Origin: Breznakia pachnodae
GTDB lineage: Bacteria; Bacillota_I; Bacilli_A; Erysipelotrichales; Erysipelotrichaceae
Direction of reading: 5' to 3'
Assembly (NCBI RefSeq): GCF_030814225.1
Contig: NZ_JAUSUR010000007.1
Coordinates: forward strand, 100,941 to 164,940
DNA length: 64,000 nt
Part shown: piece after piece, positions 8,159 through 17,950 of the stretch
Position numbering within the stretch: position 1 is the stretch's first letter
Layout of the letters: every line of letters starts with the position of its first letter
Made by a program: the position numbers and the translations under genes
The notes under the pieces: generated by a model
Seen by the model: only the letters and a program-made list of their open reading frames with translations
Told to the model about the DNA's origin: nothing
The model's database searches: none

Positions 8159-9259
8159 ATGAAACTAACAAGAGATATAATTATAAAAGCAAGACTTACA
8201 AATAATGGTTTACTAAAACCTTTTTCAAGCATTCATGAATGTGTGGATGAATTGTGCGGTGTCCAGGGACAACTGCATATAGCAACTGAGATTGCTGTGT
8301 TTAACCGTGTACATCCATCGATTAGTTTTCATGACTTAGACAAGTTATACAAAGAGCATAAGTTAGTAAAAGGATGGGGACAGCGAGGTACCATTCATAT
8401 GTATACAATCAATGACTGGATTCATGTGTCTCAGGTTTATTTTTATAAAAATAGATGGATTCCTAAAATGCGTGATAAAAACAGTGAGCAGTTTGATCAA
8501 ATCGTATCTAATATGCGTAAATTGGGAGAAGAAAAGAAAGTCATATCCAAACGCGAAATTGAAAATGTTGTAACTCAGTACAATGGCGATTATTCAATTG
8601 AGGAACCACACTTTCAATACTTTTTATTTCCATTTCATACAATGAGTGGTCATTTCGCAGGAATCCCTGAAAAACCACATACCAAACATTATATTCATCA
8701 TAGTCAAATAACAGATACAACTTTAAAACATACAAAAGAAAATCGAAATGTTTCTATTCAGTATTTTATGAAAGATTACTTTCGTGGATATGGTCCTGCA
8801 ACATTAGCTGACTTCTGTCACTGGAGTGGAGTAAAAAAAGGATTAGCAACCACCTTATTTGATGAAATAAAAGATGAGTTTACTGCTTATGAATATATGA
8901 ATCGTACATACTATAGTGATCCATCATTCGATATAGAAACACTTTCTGATAAGAAGAACCAAGTATTCCTTTTAGGTAAGTTCGATCCTCTATTTGTCTG
9001 CTACAGTCACAAGGACTGGATTGTGAATCGTGAAGAAGAATTACAGATTTGGCAATCCTCTGCCAGAGTAGAAGCGATATTGCTTATTGATAATAAAGTA
9101 TATGGAACCTGGCGATATGCAATGAAGGGAAAAACAATGAACTTTACCTTCTTCCTATTCCACAAATTAAGTGATACAAAGAAAAAGAAGATTGAAGTAA
9201 AAGCTAAAAAAATGATGAAGTTTTTTGAAAAAGAAAACTATACAATTGAATATCAATAG
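8159..9259 (+). CDS. Winged-helix DNA-binding (HTH_42) protein, AlkZ/YcaQ-like DNA glycosylase
   Basis: About 366 aa with a CGVQGQ (Q-x-Q) motif near the N-terminus, as in AlkZ-type crosslink glycosylases. Divergent from mutY. The start is placed at Met 8 of the ORF-track ORF because it has the better SD. Confidence 0.55.
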   Translation: MKLTRDIIIKARLTNNGLLKPFSSIHECVDELCGVQGQLHIATEIAVFNRVHPSISFHDLDKLYKEHKLVKGWGQRGTIHMYTINDWIHVSQVYFYKNRWIPKMRDKNSEQFDQIVSNMRKLGEEKKVISKREIENVVTQYNGDYSIEEPHFQYFLFPFHTMSGHFAGIPEKPHTKHYIHHSQITDTTLKHTKENRNVSIQYFMKDYFRGYGPATLADFCHWSGVKKGLATTLFDEIKDEFTAYEYMNRTYYSDPSFDIETLSDKKNQVFLLGKFDPLFVCYSHKDWIVNREEELQIWQSSARVEAILLIDNKVYGTWRYAMKGKTMNFTFFLFHKLSDTKKKKIEVKAKKMMKFFEKENYTIEYQ

Positions 9260-9271
9260 AACGGAGGTCTT

Positions 9272-9775
9272 ATGAAATACTTTGAAACTGACAGATTAAG
9301 AGTACAGGAATTATCAATGCAGGAACTAGATGGGTTTTATGCAATGCGTTCTGATCCAAATGTAACTAAACATTACTTTGCCTCGCCAATGACACTGGAG
9401 CAAAGTAAAGCAAAACTTCAAAGTTTAGTTGATGACATATCTGCAAATCAATCTTATAGCTATGTTTTACTAAGAAAAGAAGATAATCAGTTTATTGGTA
9501 CAATTTGCTTATGGAATTTACAACCAGATATAAAAACTGGTGAACTGGGATATGAATCACTTCCAGAGTTTTGGCGAAATGGATATATGAAAGAAGTATT
9601 ACCTGCTTTTATGACTCATATGTATACAGTATATGGATATGAAATTTTCACTGCATGTCCATCAAGCGATAATCAGGCATCCAATCGTTTACTTCTATCT
9701 AGCGGGTTTGAATTTAAAAACCAGTTTGATGAAGATAATCACACATTAAATTTTTATATCTATAAGATAAAGTAA
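9272..9775 (+). CDS. GNAT family N-acetyltransferase (RimJ/RimL-like)
   Basis: 167 aa. SD ggaggtcttATG. GNAT core IGTICLWN...GYMKEVL. Confidence 0.7.
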   Translation: MKYFETDRLRVQELSMQELDGFYAMRSDPNVTKHYFASPMTLEQSKAKLQSLVDDISANQSYSYVLLRKEDNQFIGTICLWNLQPDIKTGELGYESLPEFWRNGYMKEVLPAFMTHMYTVYGYEIFTACPSSDNQASNRLLLSSGFEFKNQFDEDNHTLNFYIYKIK

Positions 9776-9804
9776 ATCCCTATTTTAAAAATAGGGATCT
9801 TTTT

Positions 9805-10662
9805 TTATTTGTGAGTAAACACTGTTTCCATACAACTGATTTCAAAGCCAACATCTAATAATGCGTTTAGCATTGGTGTATTTTCTACATCCGTATCAGC
9901 AACCAATTCTTTTACATCTTTTTGATAACTTACATCAATTGCCATCTTTAGCAACTCTTTAGCGTAACCATTACCACGATATTGGGGTAATACACCAATG
10001 TATCCGATACCAGCAGTATCTACGTCATTTCGAGTTATAATCACAAAACCGACAACCTGCTGCTTCACTATACCATAGAGCCACAAATCGGCTTCAAAGT
10101 TTGTTTCTTTTAGACTGTCATACATTTTCTTCGAAGCTTCCTGCACACCAAACATTTCAACATCATACAAAACATCTTTATCTAAATTATCTTTTGTTAC
10201 CTGCTCAAATAATGAAATAAAATCATTTTTCTTATTTTGCAGCGATGCATACTCAATTTTTATATCTTGTTTTGTTGGTTTAATGATGTGACTCTTTTTG
10301 GTTTGAATTACTTTAAAACCATTGTGCTCTAAACTTTTATAAGTTACTTCATAGTTTATCTTATCAGAATATAAATGTACTCTGATATTTTCCATAGTTT
10401 TGCTATCTAGTAGATAGTGAATAAAGTTATCAGCGTCTTTTTGTTTTACTTCATCTTCAAATGTCAAAAATGCCAGATGTGAATGTGCCAGAACACCTCT
10501 GGCAATAACTCGTTCTTTTTCTTTCATTATAAAACAGTCACTGTTTTGAACAACCTTCTCATTTAAAAAGATTTCCAGTTGTTGATTTTGCGCATCACTG
10601 CTTGCACTCATTGAAGTCATTGAAATTTGTTCTTCTTTTGTTTCTAATTGTTTAATTATCAT
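9805..10662 (-). CDS. Two-domain protein with C-terminal GNAT acetyltransferase domain
   Basis: C-terminal VGFVIITRNDVDTAGIGYIGVLPQYRGNGYAKELLKMAI. The N-terminal ~140 aa are unassigned. Confidence 0.6.
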   Translation of the reverse strand: MIIKQLETKEEQISMTSMSASSDAQNQQLEIFLNEKVVQNSDCFIMKEKERVIARGVLAHSHLAFLTFEDEVKQKDADNFIHYLLDSKTMENIRVHLYSDKINYEVTYKSLEHNGFKVIQTKKSHIIKPTKQDIKIEYASLQNKKNDFISLFEQVTKDNLDKDVLYDVEMFGVQEASKKMYDSLKETNFEADLWLYGIVKQQVVGFVIITRNDVDTAGIGYIGVLPQYRGNGYAKELLKMAIDVSYQKDVKELVADTDVENTPMLNALLDVGFEISCMETVFTHK

Positions 10663-10683
10663 TTACGTTCTTTCCACCCACTC

Positions 10684-10719
10684 GAAATAAAAAAGCATTC
10701 CTGAATAAAATCAGAAATG
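10684..10719 (-). terminator. Rho-independent terminator downstream of nrdB
   Basis: On the minus strand: catttctga-ttttat-tcaggaatg followed by cttttttattt. Confidence 0.6.
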
Positions 10720-10791
10720 CCATGTCGTTTGTCTTTTTTGGAAAGTGGGTAACATGTTTTCTAATTTTATCCATTGATAAGTTAGTTTCAT
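10711..10791 (-). CDS. Candidate 26-aa small ORF (MKLTYQWIKLENMLPTFQKRQTTWHF) with a near-perfect SD
   Basis: AAGGAGGTG then 7 nt then ATG on the minus strand, 50 nt downstream of the nrdB stop. Its stop codon lies in the 5' arm of the terminator. This is below the ORF-track size cutoff. Confidence 0.3.
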   Translation of the reverse strand: MKLTYQWIKLENMLPTFQKRQTTWHF

Positions 10792-10842
10792 AGTAACCAC
10801 CTCCTTGTTTCTTATATTATTTATATCATATTCACTAAAGGA

Positions 10843-11886
10843 TTACAAATCATCTTCCAGTGCTCCTGATTTCGCATAAGCACTCGATTTTGCTTCAAAG
10901 AAATCAGTTTTAATTAGATTCGCATTTGCATACATACTAACCCATTCCATTGAAGCTGGTTCTTCATCGTAACCTTCAAACAGTGAACCTAATCCCAATC
11001 CATTACTACGTAAGTTACCTAAGTAACGAATATAGTCTTCTACCATATTCATAGTAAGACCTTCTATATTTTCACCAATTACATATCTTCCCCATTTAAT
11101 TTCCTGCTCTACACCTTCACGAATCATATCACGATAAATATCTAGATATTCTTCTGTAAATAAATCGGGTTCTTCTTTTTGCAGTTCTAAAATCATTGAA
11201 CGAAATAACCATAAGTGAGTATTTTCATCACGATTGATGTAACGGATTTCTTGAACAGATCCTGGCATTTTTCCCATTCTTCCAAGATTATAGAAAAACA
11301 TAAATCCTGAATAAAAGTAAATACCTTCTAAGATATAGTTCGCAACCATTGTCTTCGCTAAATGAAAACGATCTTTATGTTCTTGGAAGTCATTGTATAA
11401 GTCTCCAATAAACTTGTTACGAGCTAATAAGTGTTCATCATCCTGCCACTGATACAAGATATCTGTACGCTCTTCTGGCGAACAAATGGTATCCAGCATA
11501 TAACTGTAGCTCTGAGAGTGAATTGCTTCCTGATACGCCTGTATTGTAAGGCACAGGTTAATTTCATTAGCAGTAATGTATTCACCAACATTTGGTAGGT
11601 TGGCAGTTTGAATACTATCTAAGAAAATTAAGAATGATAATGTTTTATCATACGCTGTTCTTTCTGCTTCACTCAAATTACGATAGTCTTTAATGTCCTG
11701 GTTCATATTAATTTCTTCTGGTATCCAGAAGTTGTTCATTGCTTGACGATACCAATCCGATACCCAACCATATTTCATATTATTGAAATCATTCAGGTTA
11801 GTAGTATTTCCATTGATCATTTTACGATTAATAACATCACGATCCCCATTCTCATTAAATAGTGGTTTCTTCTTTAAATCACTCAT
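10843..11886 (-). CDS. nrdB: Ribonucleotide reductase class I small subunit (R2, ferritin-like)
   Basis: R2 motifs FLIFLDSIQ, EAIHSQSYSY, EGIYFYSGF. SD aggaggaaacaatacATG at MSDLKK, which removes the overlap with nrdA. Confidence 0.85.
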   Translation of the reverse strand: MSDLKKKPLFNENGDRDVINRKMINGNTTNLNDFNNMKYGWVSDWYRQAMNNFWIPEEINMNQDIKDYRNLSEAERTAYDKTLSFLIFLDSIQTANLPNVGEYITANEINLCLTIQAYQEAIHSQSYSYMLDTICSPEERTDILYQWQDDEHLLARNKFIGDLYNDFQEHKDRFHLAKTMVANYILEGIYFYSGFMFFYNLGRMGKMPGSVQEIRYINRDENTHLWLFRSMILELQKEEPDLFTEEYLDIYRDMIREGVEQEIKWGRYVIGENIEGLTMNMVEDYIRYLGNLRSNGLGLGSLFEGYDEEPASMEWVSMYANANLIKTDFFEAKSSAYAKSGALEDDL

Positions 11887-11899
11887 GTATTGTTTCCTC

Positions 11900-14419
11900 C
11901 TATGATGCACATGATTCACATTCTTCTACTTCCAAGGCTTTTCCTCGAACATAGTAAAGTGTTTTCACTCCTACTTCCCACGCACGAATATACAGCTTCA
12001 ACAACTCTGACATCTTAATGTCATTGGTAATGTATAAGTTTACAGACTGTGCCTGGTCAATATGACGCTGACGCACTCCTGCCGACTCAACAACCCAGTT
12101 TTGGTCAATCTGGTGAGCATTCTTATACAACCAATAAGTTTTACCATCCAAGTCAGGTGCAACTCTTGCAATCATACTTCCCTTCTTTTCTTCCAAGAAG
12201 TACTTGTTCATAATTGGGTCAACTGCTGCTGTTGTTCCTGCGATAATAGAAGTTGAACTAGTTGGTGCAATTGCCATCAGATACGCATTACGCATACCTT
12301 TGGTTTTGATTTCTTCATGCAATTTTTGCCAGCGATCACTTTTGTAGTCACGTTTTGTGAAGTAATCTCCATTTTGCCAGTCACTACCTTCAAAGAATGT
12401 GTAACTTCCTTTTTCTTTTGCAAGATTCATACTTGCCTGTATTGTGTAGTAATTTATATTTTCATATACTTCATCTACAAACTTCAGATGTTCCTGCGAC
12501 TCAAACTGAATACCATGTTTCGCTAACATATGATGATAGCCACTGGTACCAAGTCCAATCGAACGATATTTCTGGTTTGTTACTTCTGCATATGGTACAG
12601 GATAGTAATTTAAATCAATTACATTATCAAGAGCTCTTACAACAACATCAATTGTATGTTGAAGTTCCTCTTGGTTTTGTACATCCATATTACCTAAAAT
12701 TAGTGATGCAAGATTACATACAACGAAGTCTCCAGGTTTGGTTCTTTCCACAACCACTTCTTCGCCATCAATCTTAACAATCTCTTTTGGTAACATTTCA
12801 ATCTGACTCATATTTTGTGCAATCTCTGTGCATAAGTTACTACAATATATAATACCATTATGTTGGTTAGGATTCATGCGATTTACATGATCTCTGTTAA
12901 AGGTAAATGGTGTACCTGTTTCAACTGCTGATTTTAAGATTAAACGTACAATATCTTTGATCTTCATTTCACGTTTCGAAATACGTGGATCTTGTACACA
13001 ATCCCAATATTTTTCTTCCCATTCTTTACCAAAAGAATCTTCTAATGAATATCCTTTTACTTTCAGAACTTCATGAGGATCCATTAGTGACCATGTTGCT
13101 TCACGATCTTCCTTCGCCATCTTCCAGAACAAATCAGGATAACATACAGCTGGGAACACATCATGTGCTTTCATACGGTCATCTCCGTTGTTTGTACGCA
13201 ACGATAGAAACTCAGGTAAATCTTTATGCCATACATCTAAATACACGGCTACAGCCCCCTGACGCATTCCTAACTGGTCAACCGCTGTTGCTGTATCATT
13301 TACTAATTTAATCCAGCGTATAACTCCACCTGCTGCACCTTTGAATCCTCGAATATCTGAACCAATGGCACGAACCTTACCAAAGTAAAGTCCCATACCA
13401 CCACCAAACTTCGATACTTGCGCGAAATTATCTACACTCTTATAAATATTACTTAATGAATCACCTACAGTATCAATGAAACAAGAAGATAGTTGATGAT
13501 ATGGTTTTCTGGCATTTGACATTGTTGGTGTTGCCATCGTTACCTTAAGCGTACTTAAAATATCATAAATCTCTTTTGCCCAGTGAACCTTATTTTCTTT
13601 TTCTGGAATCGCAAGATGCATAGCTATTCCCATAAACATCTCTTGAACTTTTTCTAACACAACATGATCATTATCATGAATCACATATCGTTTTACTACT
13701 AGTTCTAATCCACTATAGGTAAATAAGTGATTACGCTCCTCATTCAGATACGCTTCCAGTTCATCAATTTCTGCATCTGTATATGCTTCACGAATATACT
13801 CACCATAATATCCTTCTTCTTCCAGATATTTAATCTTCTTCGCAAATGAAGTAATATTTAATTTCTTCATAATAGCATCTACCTGGATTGTCTGCTGGTA
13901 ACTTAAAAATCTAGCCGCAATAAACTCCCACTTTGGAGCTTGCTTACTGATTAATTCAGCACTCGCTTTCATTAGCATCTCAAGATACTCATCACCACTC
14001 ATATCATCTTTGATAAACGATGAGAACTTCTGATACAATAATTCTAATGAATAAACTTCATCACGAAACTCTTTCTGAATTTCCTTCATAACTGTTATTA
14101 ACTCTTTATCATGAATAATCTCATAAAAATTATCAAGAACTTTACGTTCTTGCGCATGTTTTTCACGATATAAAATATAAGCTTTTGCTTCTTTGAAGAA
14201 CTGATGTTCCATCAACTTTTCTTCCACTATATCCTGTATTTCTTCAACACTAATTTCACCGTCACGATTCATTATAATCGTTTCGATTTTTTCCATTATC
14301 ACAGCCAATTCATCTTCTTTAATTTGTGAATCCTGTGATACAAATGCAGCCTGTATCGCTTTACGTATTTTATCTGCATTATACTCTTGTAATGTTTTAT
14401 CTCTTTTTAATATTTTCAT
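11900..14419 (-). CDS. nrdA: Ribonucleotide reductase class Ia large subunit with N-terminal ATP-cone
   Basis: ATP-cone MKILKRDKTLQEYNADKIRKAI. Active-site region PTMSNARKPYHQLSSCF. C-terminal CESCAS cysteine pair. The ORF-track start is a TTG 5 codons upstream; the ATG with a GGAG 9 nt upstream is preferred. Confidence 0.85.
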   Translation of the reverse strand: MKILKRDKTLQEYNADKIRKAIQAAFVSQDSQIKEDELAVIMEKIETIIMNRDGEISVEEIQDIVEEKLMEHQFFKEAKAYILYREKHAQERKVLDNFYEIIHDKELITVMKEIQKEFRDEVYSLELLYQKFSSFIKDDMSGDEYLEMLMKASAELISKQAPKWEFIAARFLSYQQTIQVDAIMKKLNITSFAKKIKYLEEEGYYGEYIREAYTDAEIDELEAYLNEERNHLFTYSGLELVVKRYVIHDNDHVVLEKVQEMFMGIAMHLAIPEKENKVHWAKEIYDILSTLKVTMATPTMSNARKPYHQLSSCFIDTVGDSLSNIYKSVDNFAQVSKFGGGMGLYFGKVRAIGSDIRGFKGAAGGVIRWIKLVNDTATAVDQLGMRQGAVAVYLDVWHKDLPEFLSLRTNNGDDRMKAHDVFPAVCYPDLFWKMAKEDREATWSLMDPHEVLKVKGYSLEDSFGKEWEEKYWDCVQDPRISKREMKIKDIVRLILKSAVETGTPFTFNRDHVNRMNPNQHNGIIYCSNLCTEIAQNMSQIEMLPKEIVKIDGEEVVVERTKPGDFVVCNLASLILGNMDVQNQEELQHTIDVVVRALDNVIDLNYYPVPYAEVTNQKYRSIGLGTSGYHHMLAKHGIQFESQEHLKFVDEVYENINYYTIQASMNLAKEKGSYTFFEGSDWQNGDYFTKRDYKSDRWQKLHEEIKTKGMRNAYLMAIAPTSSTSIIAGTTAAVDPIMNKYFLEEKKGSMIARVAPDLDGKTYWLYKNAHQIDQNWVVESAGVRQRHIDQAQSVNLYITNDIKMSELLKLYIRAWEVGVKTLYYVRGKALEVEECESCAS

Positions 14420-14548
14420 ACTCCTATACTCCAATCTTATATCAGTATACTAAAGTATAAAAGTCTCAGCCACTCACTTGCTTTGCAAACTTCTCTATAA
14501 TTTACATTTTATTTCATACTTTTTTCATAAACCTAATAGAGCAATTTA

Positions 14549-14728
14549 TTTCACTTCCCATACTTTCACAAAAATCGTCCATAATTAATAGACTTGATTT
14601 TTATATTATATAGGTGCAAGGAAGAAACCTTGCATGTATGTTATCCCTATTACATACATTTCTATCCCCTTATAAACACACACAAAGGAAAAGAAGCACT
14701 CATAATATTGTGCTTCTTTTTCTTTTTA
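14549..14728. repeat. Dispersed ~180-bp intergenic repeat, copy B
   Basis: Same element as 6850..7028. The terminal hairpin is gaagcac...gtgcttc (compensatory relative to copy A) followed by ttctttttctttttat. Confidence 0.85.
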
Positions 14729-14732
14729 TAAT

Positions 14733-15194
14733 TTATTCATTTACAACTGGATCACATTTAAAATCATGTGTATCTAATTTATCACGTAATGTTTTTGGTG
14801 TCTTAAAGTCATCTTCATTAAAATCTACTGCAAATATATTATGTGCATCTTCATCAACATCATATACTTTTGTATCTACATCAATGATAACCATTACTAG
14901 ATCTTTATCTACAATTAGTTCTGCATCCAACCCATCTACTTTATTGTGTTCATCCACTTCTTTTTCATAATCATCAAGTTTTTGATCTTTAACACTTTGA
15001 TCAAACATTGAAATATCACTTTCATGAACAATTTTAATCTCATGAATATCATCACCTAGATATGATACTTCATAACTCAATGATCCATTCAGTGGTGTAT
15101 ACTCACACACCATTAATTCATCTTGTTCCAGAAGGAAACAACCACTACTTAAACATACCACTATAAGGGCAATTAACGCTCTTGTTATTCTCAT
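14733..15194 (-). CDS. Acidic lipoprotein (hypothetical)
   Basis: Signal peptide with lipobox LSSGC. Asp/Glu-rich mature part. Start ATGAGAATAACA directly after the tagF-like stop. Last gene of the tag operon. Confidence 0.55.
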   Translation of the reverse strand: MRITRALIALIVVCLSSGCFLLEQDELMVCEYTPLNGSLSYEVSYLGDDIHEIKIVHESDISMFDQSVKDQKLDDYEKEVDEHNKVDGLDAELIVDKDLVMVIIDVDTKVYDVDEDAHNIFAVDFNEDDFKTPKTLRDKLDTHDFKCDPVVNE

Positions 15195-15195
15195 T

Positions 15196-16299
15196 CTATT
15201 CACCACCCATAATATCATCAATTAAATGAATAACTCTACCAAGGGATTTACCATCCTGATATTTAAAGAATTTATTTTTAAATGCTTCTATTTTCTTATA
15301 ATCAAAACGATTATCTTCTATTATCTTTATAACCTCATCTTCACTCTTACAGATTGGACCAGGCATTTCTTTTTCATAATCCACAAACAATCCAACATCC
15401 TTGCGATATTCTTCCAGATCCGGAACATAGAATATCATTGGTTTCATAAAGATTGAAAAATCAAGAATGATTGCTGAGTAATCTGAAATCAGAATATCCG
15501 TAACTGAGAACAGTCGTTTGATACTCATTCCATTACAACAGATGACATCTTTATGGTTGGAAATAATCTTATCTTCCAACAATGGATGCATCTTGTACAG
15601 TAAGATGTATTCATCACCCAGAGATTGTTGAATCTTATCAAGATTAATATATCCATCATGTAATCCATCCATTAATCGACCTCTGAAGGTTGGTGCATAC
15701 AACACTACCTTACGTCCTTTAATTTGTGGATACTGCTTATACATTGTTTTCTTATCCTGTTGAATCTTACGTTTCTTAAACAATCGATCCGTTTTAGGAA
15801 TACCTGTTACCTTTACCTGCTCAGGTCTTACATTGAATGCCTGTGTAAATGGCTCTACGAAGTAATCACAGTTACTGATAACATAATCATAGTTTTCAAT
15901 TGTATAATCACGATTCACTACATTACCAAACTTTTTAATTGCACCAGTTGCATGCCACAACTGTAGTACTTTCACATTCTTACGTTTAAACTTTGATACA
16001 ACATAATTATTATAATCCAACAGTACTAACTTAGAAGTATTAATTGCAAAGAATTGTTTGATACAAACAAACAAGTATTTAATATTTCCTAGTAAAGTTT
16101 TTTCAAACTTTACCAATACATATTGAAGTTCATACTTCCCATCCTGTTTCAGTTTATTTGAAATTAGGGAAAAGTCTCCACTTAAGGTATCATTTTCCAG
16201 CGATATGAACGTAATCTTGTTTGGATTCTGTTTCATAAAGACTAAAAAAAGGCGACAAAAACTTAAAATGAGATAGATTATCATTTTCTTAAGTTTCAT
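15196..16299 (-). CDS. CDP-glycerol glycerophosphotransferase (TagB/TagF family)
   Basis: 367 aa with family motifs TGIPKTDRLF...LYAPTFRG...YKMHPL. Confidence 0.75.
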   Translation of the reverse strand: MKLKKMIIYLILSFCRLFLVFMKQNPNKITFISLENDTLSGDFSLISNKLKQDGKYELQYVLVKFEKTLLGNIKYLFVCIKQFFAINTSKLVLLDYNNYVVSKFKRKNVKVLQLWHATGAIKKFGNVVNRDYTIENYDYVISNCDYFVEPFTQAFNVRPEQVKVTGIPKTDRLFKKRKIQQDKKTMYKQYPQIKGRKVVLYAPTFRGRLMDGLHDGYINLDKIQQSLGDEYILLYKMHPLLEDKIISNHKDVICCNGMSIKRLFSVTDILISDYSAIILDFSIFMKPMIFYVPDLEEYRKDVGLFVDYEKEMPGPICKSEDEVIKIIEDNRFDYKKIEAFKNKFFKYQDGKSLGRVIHLIDDIMGGE

Positions 16300-16314
16300 T
16301 TTGCCACCTTCTTT

Positions 16315-17547
16315 CTATTTTGGAAATACAATATTCACTACTTTTTCAGTAGAATGACCATCCTGTAAAGAATTAAATTTTTCATTAAACTCCTTCAGAC
16401 GATCATAATCATATGTATCTTCTTTTATTGTTTTTAATAATTCATTTTCATCTGTAATAATTGGTCCTGGAAGGGTTTCATAAATATCAAAGTAGAACCC
16501 TCTCAACTCTTCTGCATACTCATCTAAATCAAACATATAGAAATACATTGGACGATTCAGATTTGCATAATCGAAGAATACACTTGAATAATCGGTTACC
16601 AATACATCCGCAATTGCATACAGTTCATTAATATCAGCACTCGCACCAATGTTGTACACAAAGTCTTTCAAGTATGCTGCACGCTTGAATCGATTGATGA
16701 TCAGATAGTGAGGTTTAAATACCAGCACATACTCATCACCAAGCAACACTTTCCAGCGATAGAAATCTGCCTGTAACTCAAATGTATATCCTTTTGCATT
16801 ATATGCATTATCTCTCCATGTAGGAGCATATAAGATTACTTTCTTATCTTCAGGTATTTCATACTTTTCACGAAGTTCAGCTATTTCCTGATCCGTAATG
16901 TTTGTCAGATAGTCATTTCTGGGATATCCGGTTTCAATCAGTTTCTTACGACTTATACGAAATGCACTTTGAAATACTTCAGTACTAAAATGATTTGGTG
17001 AAATCATATAGTTATACTTCTTCACATCATTATCATAAGTATTTGCCATTTGATCAAATGTCATTTCACTACGATAGAATGTTGTTTCTTCTTTTGCCTG
17101 AATATCATGTGCTAACCTTTTTAAAGGTGTTCCATGCCATGTCTGCAGATATACCTGATCATCTTTTTTTATAATATGCTTTGGCATCTTACAGTTAATT
17201 ACCCAGTATTTTGCTTTAGACATATAATAGAAATATTTCAATCCATTATAACGTACAACTTTAGCCCCAGGAATTTCCGTTACTTTAAACTTTTTAACTG
17301 CCCAAACCATTTTATAATCTTTAAATCGTTCCTGTGTTAATAAATATTTATGAATGTATTTAGGATTACAGGAATACCCTCTCCCATGATAAGCTACAAA
17401 GATAATAGTCTTATCATCTACTTTCACTCGAGGATTAATAAATTTGTATATAATCTTAGAAACAAATGTGACACATCGCCTTATAAATCGCATAATTTTA
17501 CGTAACATTCTGCGAATTCTCCTCTTTAACTTTCTCAAACTTCTCAA
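16315..17547 (-). CDS. CDP-glycerol glycerophosphotransferase (TagB/TagF family), second paralog
   Basis: 410 aa. Motifs ETGYPRNDYL...LYAPTWRD...KPHYL. Basic N-terminal tail. Confidence 0.75.
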   Translation of the reverse strand: MRSLRKLKRRIRRMLRKIMRFIRRCVTFVSKIIYKFINPRVKVDDKTIIFVAYHGRGYSCNPKYIHKYLLTQERFKDYKMVWAVKKFKVTEIPGAKVVRYNGLKYFYYMSKAKYWVINCKMPKHIIKKDDQVYLQTWHGTPLKRLAHDIQAKEETTFYRSEMTFDQMANTYDNDVKKYNYMISPNHFSTEVFQSAFRISRKKLIETGYPRNDYLTNITDQEIAELREKYEIPEDKKVILYAPTWRDNAYNAKGYTFELQADFYRWKVLLGDEYVLVFKPHYLIINRFKRAAYLKDFVYNIGASADINELYAIADVLVTDYSSVFFDYANLNRPMYFYMFDLDEYAEELRGFYFDIYETLPGPIITDENELLKTIKEDTYDYDRLKEFNEKFNSLQDGHSTEKVVNIVFPK

Positions 17548-17551
17548 CGTA

Positions 17552-17950
17552 TTACTCTCCTTGCTTTTTTAGTTCTTCTTTAATCTGTGTCGTTGAGATC
17601 CCCTCAGTACGAGACAAATATACGACTTCACAAAATTCTTTTAAGAAGTCAAATTCACCTTCCCAATCATCACCTATGACAAACACATCTACATCATATT
17701 TGACAACGTCTTCTTTTTTCTGCTCCCATGAATCTTCAAAAATAACTTCATCTACATATTTAATCGCTTCAACGATTGCAGCACGATCAACATCTTTCAC
17801 AAAACATTTCTTGCCTTTTTCTTCCCAGTTAAAACGATCACTTGAAACAGCAACAATCAGATAGTCCCCTAATTCTTTTGCCCGTTTCAACATATTCAGA
17901 TGACCTACATGAAATAAATCATAAGTTCCATAAGTAATTACTTTTTTCAT
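17552..17950 (-). CDS. tagD: Glycerol-3-phosphate cytidylyltransferase
   Basis: MKKVITYGTYDLFHVGHLNMLKRAKELG, an HxGH nucleotidyltransferase of 132 aa. Confidence 0.9.
   Translation of the reverse strand: MKKVITYGTYDLFHVGHLNMLKRAKELGDYLIVAVSSDRFNWEEKGKKCFVKDVDRAAIVEAIKYVDEVIFEDSWEQKKEDVVKYDVDVFVIGDDWEGEFDFLKEFCEVVYLSRTEGISTTQIKEELKKQGE

Noticed and set aside
12062-13311. Several plus-strand ORFs (64-126 aa) inside nrdA, and similar antisense ORFs inside other long genes (e.g. 318..560, 3409..3645, 7416..7903, 25382..25858, 43387..44571, 55755..56199, 61406..62422)
   Set aside because: They are antisense to strongly supported, family-recognisable genes. Their composition reflects the complement of coding sequence, and they have no SD or terminator of their own.
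11900-14434. Initial impression that the large gene downstream of the dispersed repeat was anaerobic RNR nrdD
   Set aside because: The sequence shows an ATP-cone, the class I active-site region and a C-terminal CxxC tail, with a ferritin-like R2 gene downstream. It is class Ia nrdAB.
14435-14560. Search for an NrdR box (acaCwAtATaTwGtgt-type palindrome) upstream of nrdA
   Set aside because: No convincing 16-bp NrdR-type palindrome was seen between the repeat element and the nrdA start. The palindromes inside the repeat have different sequences.
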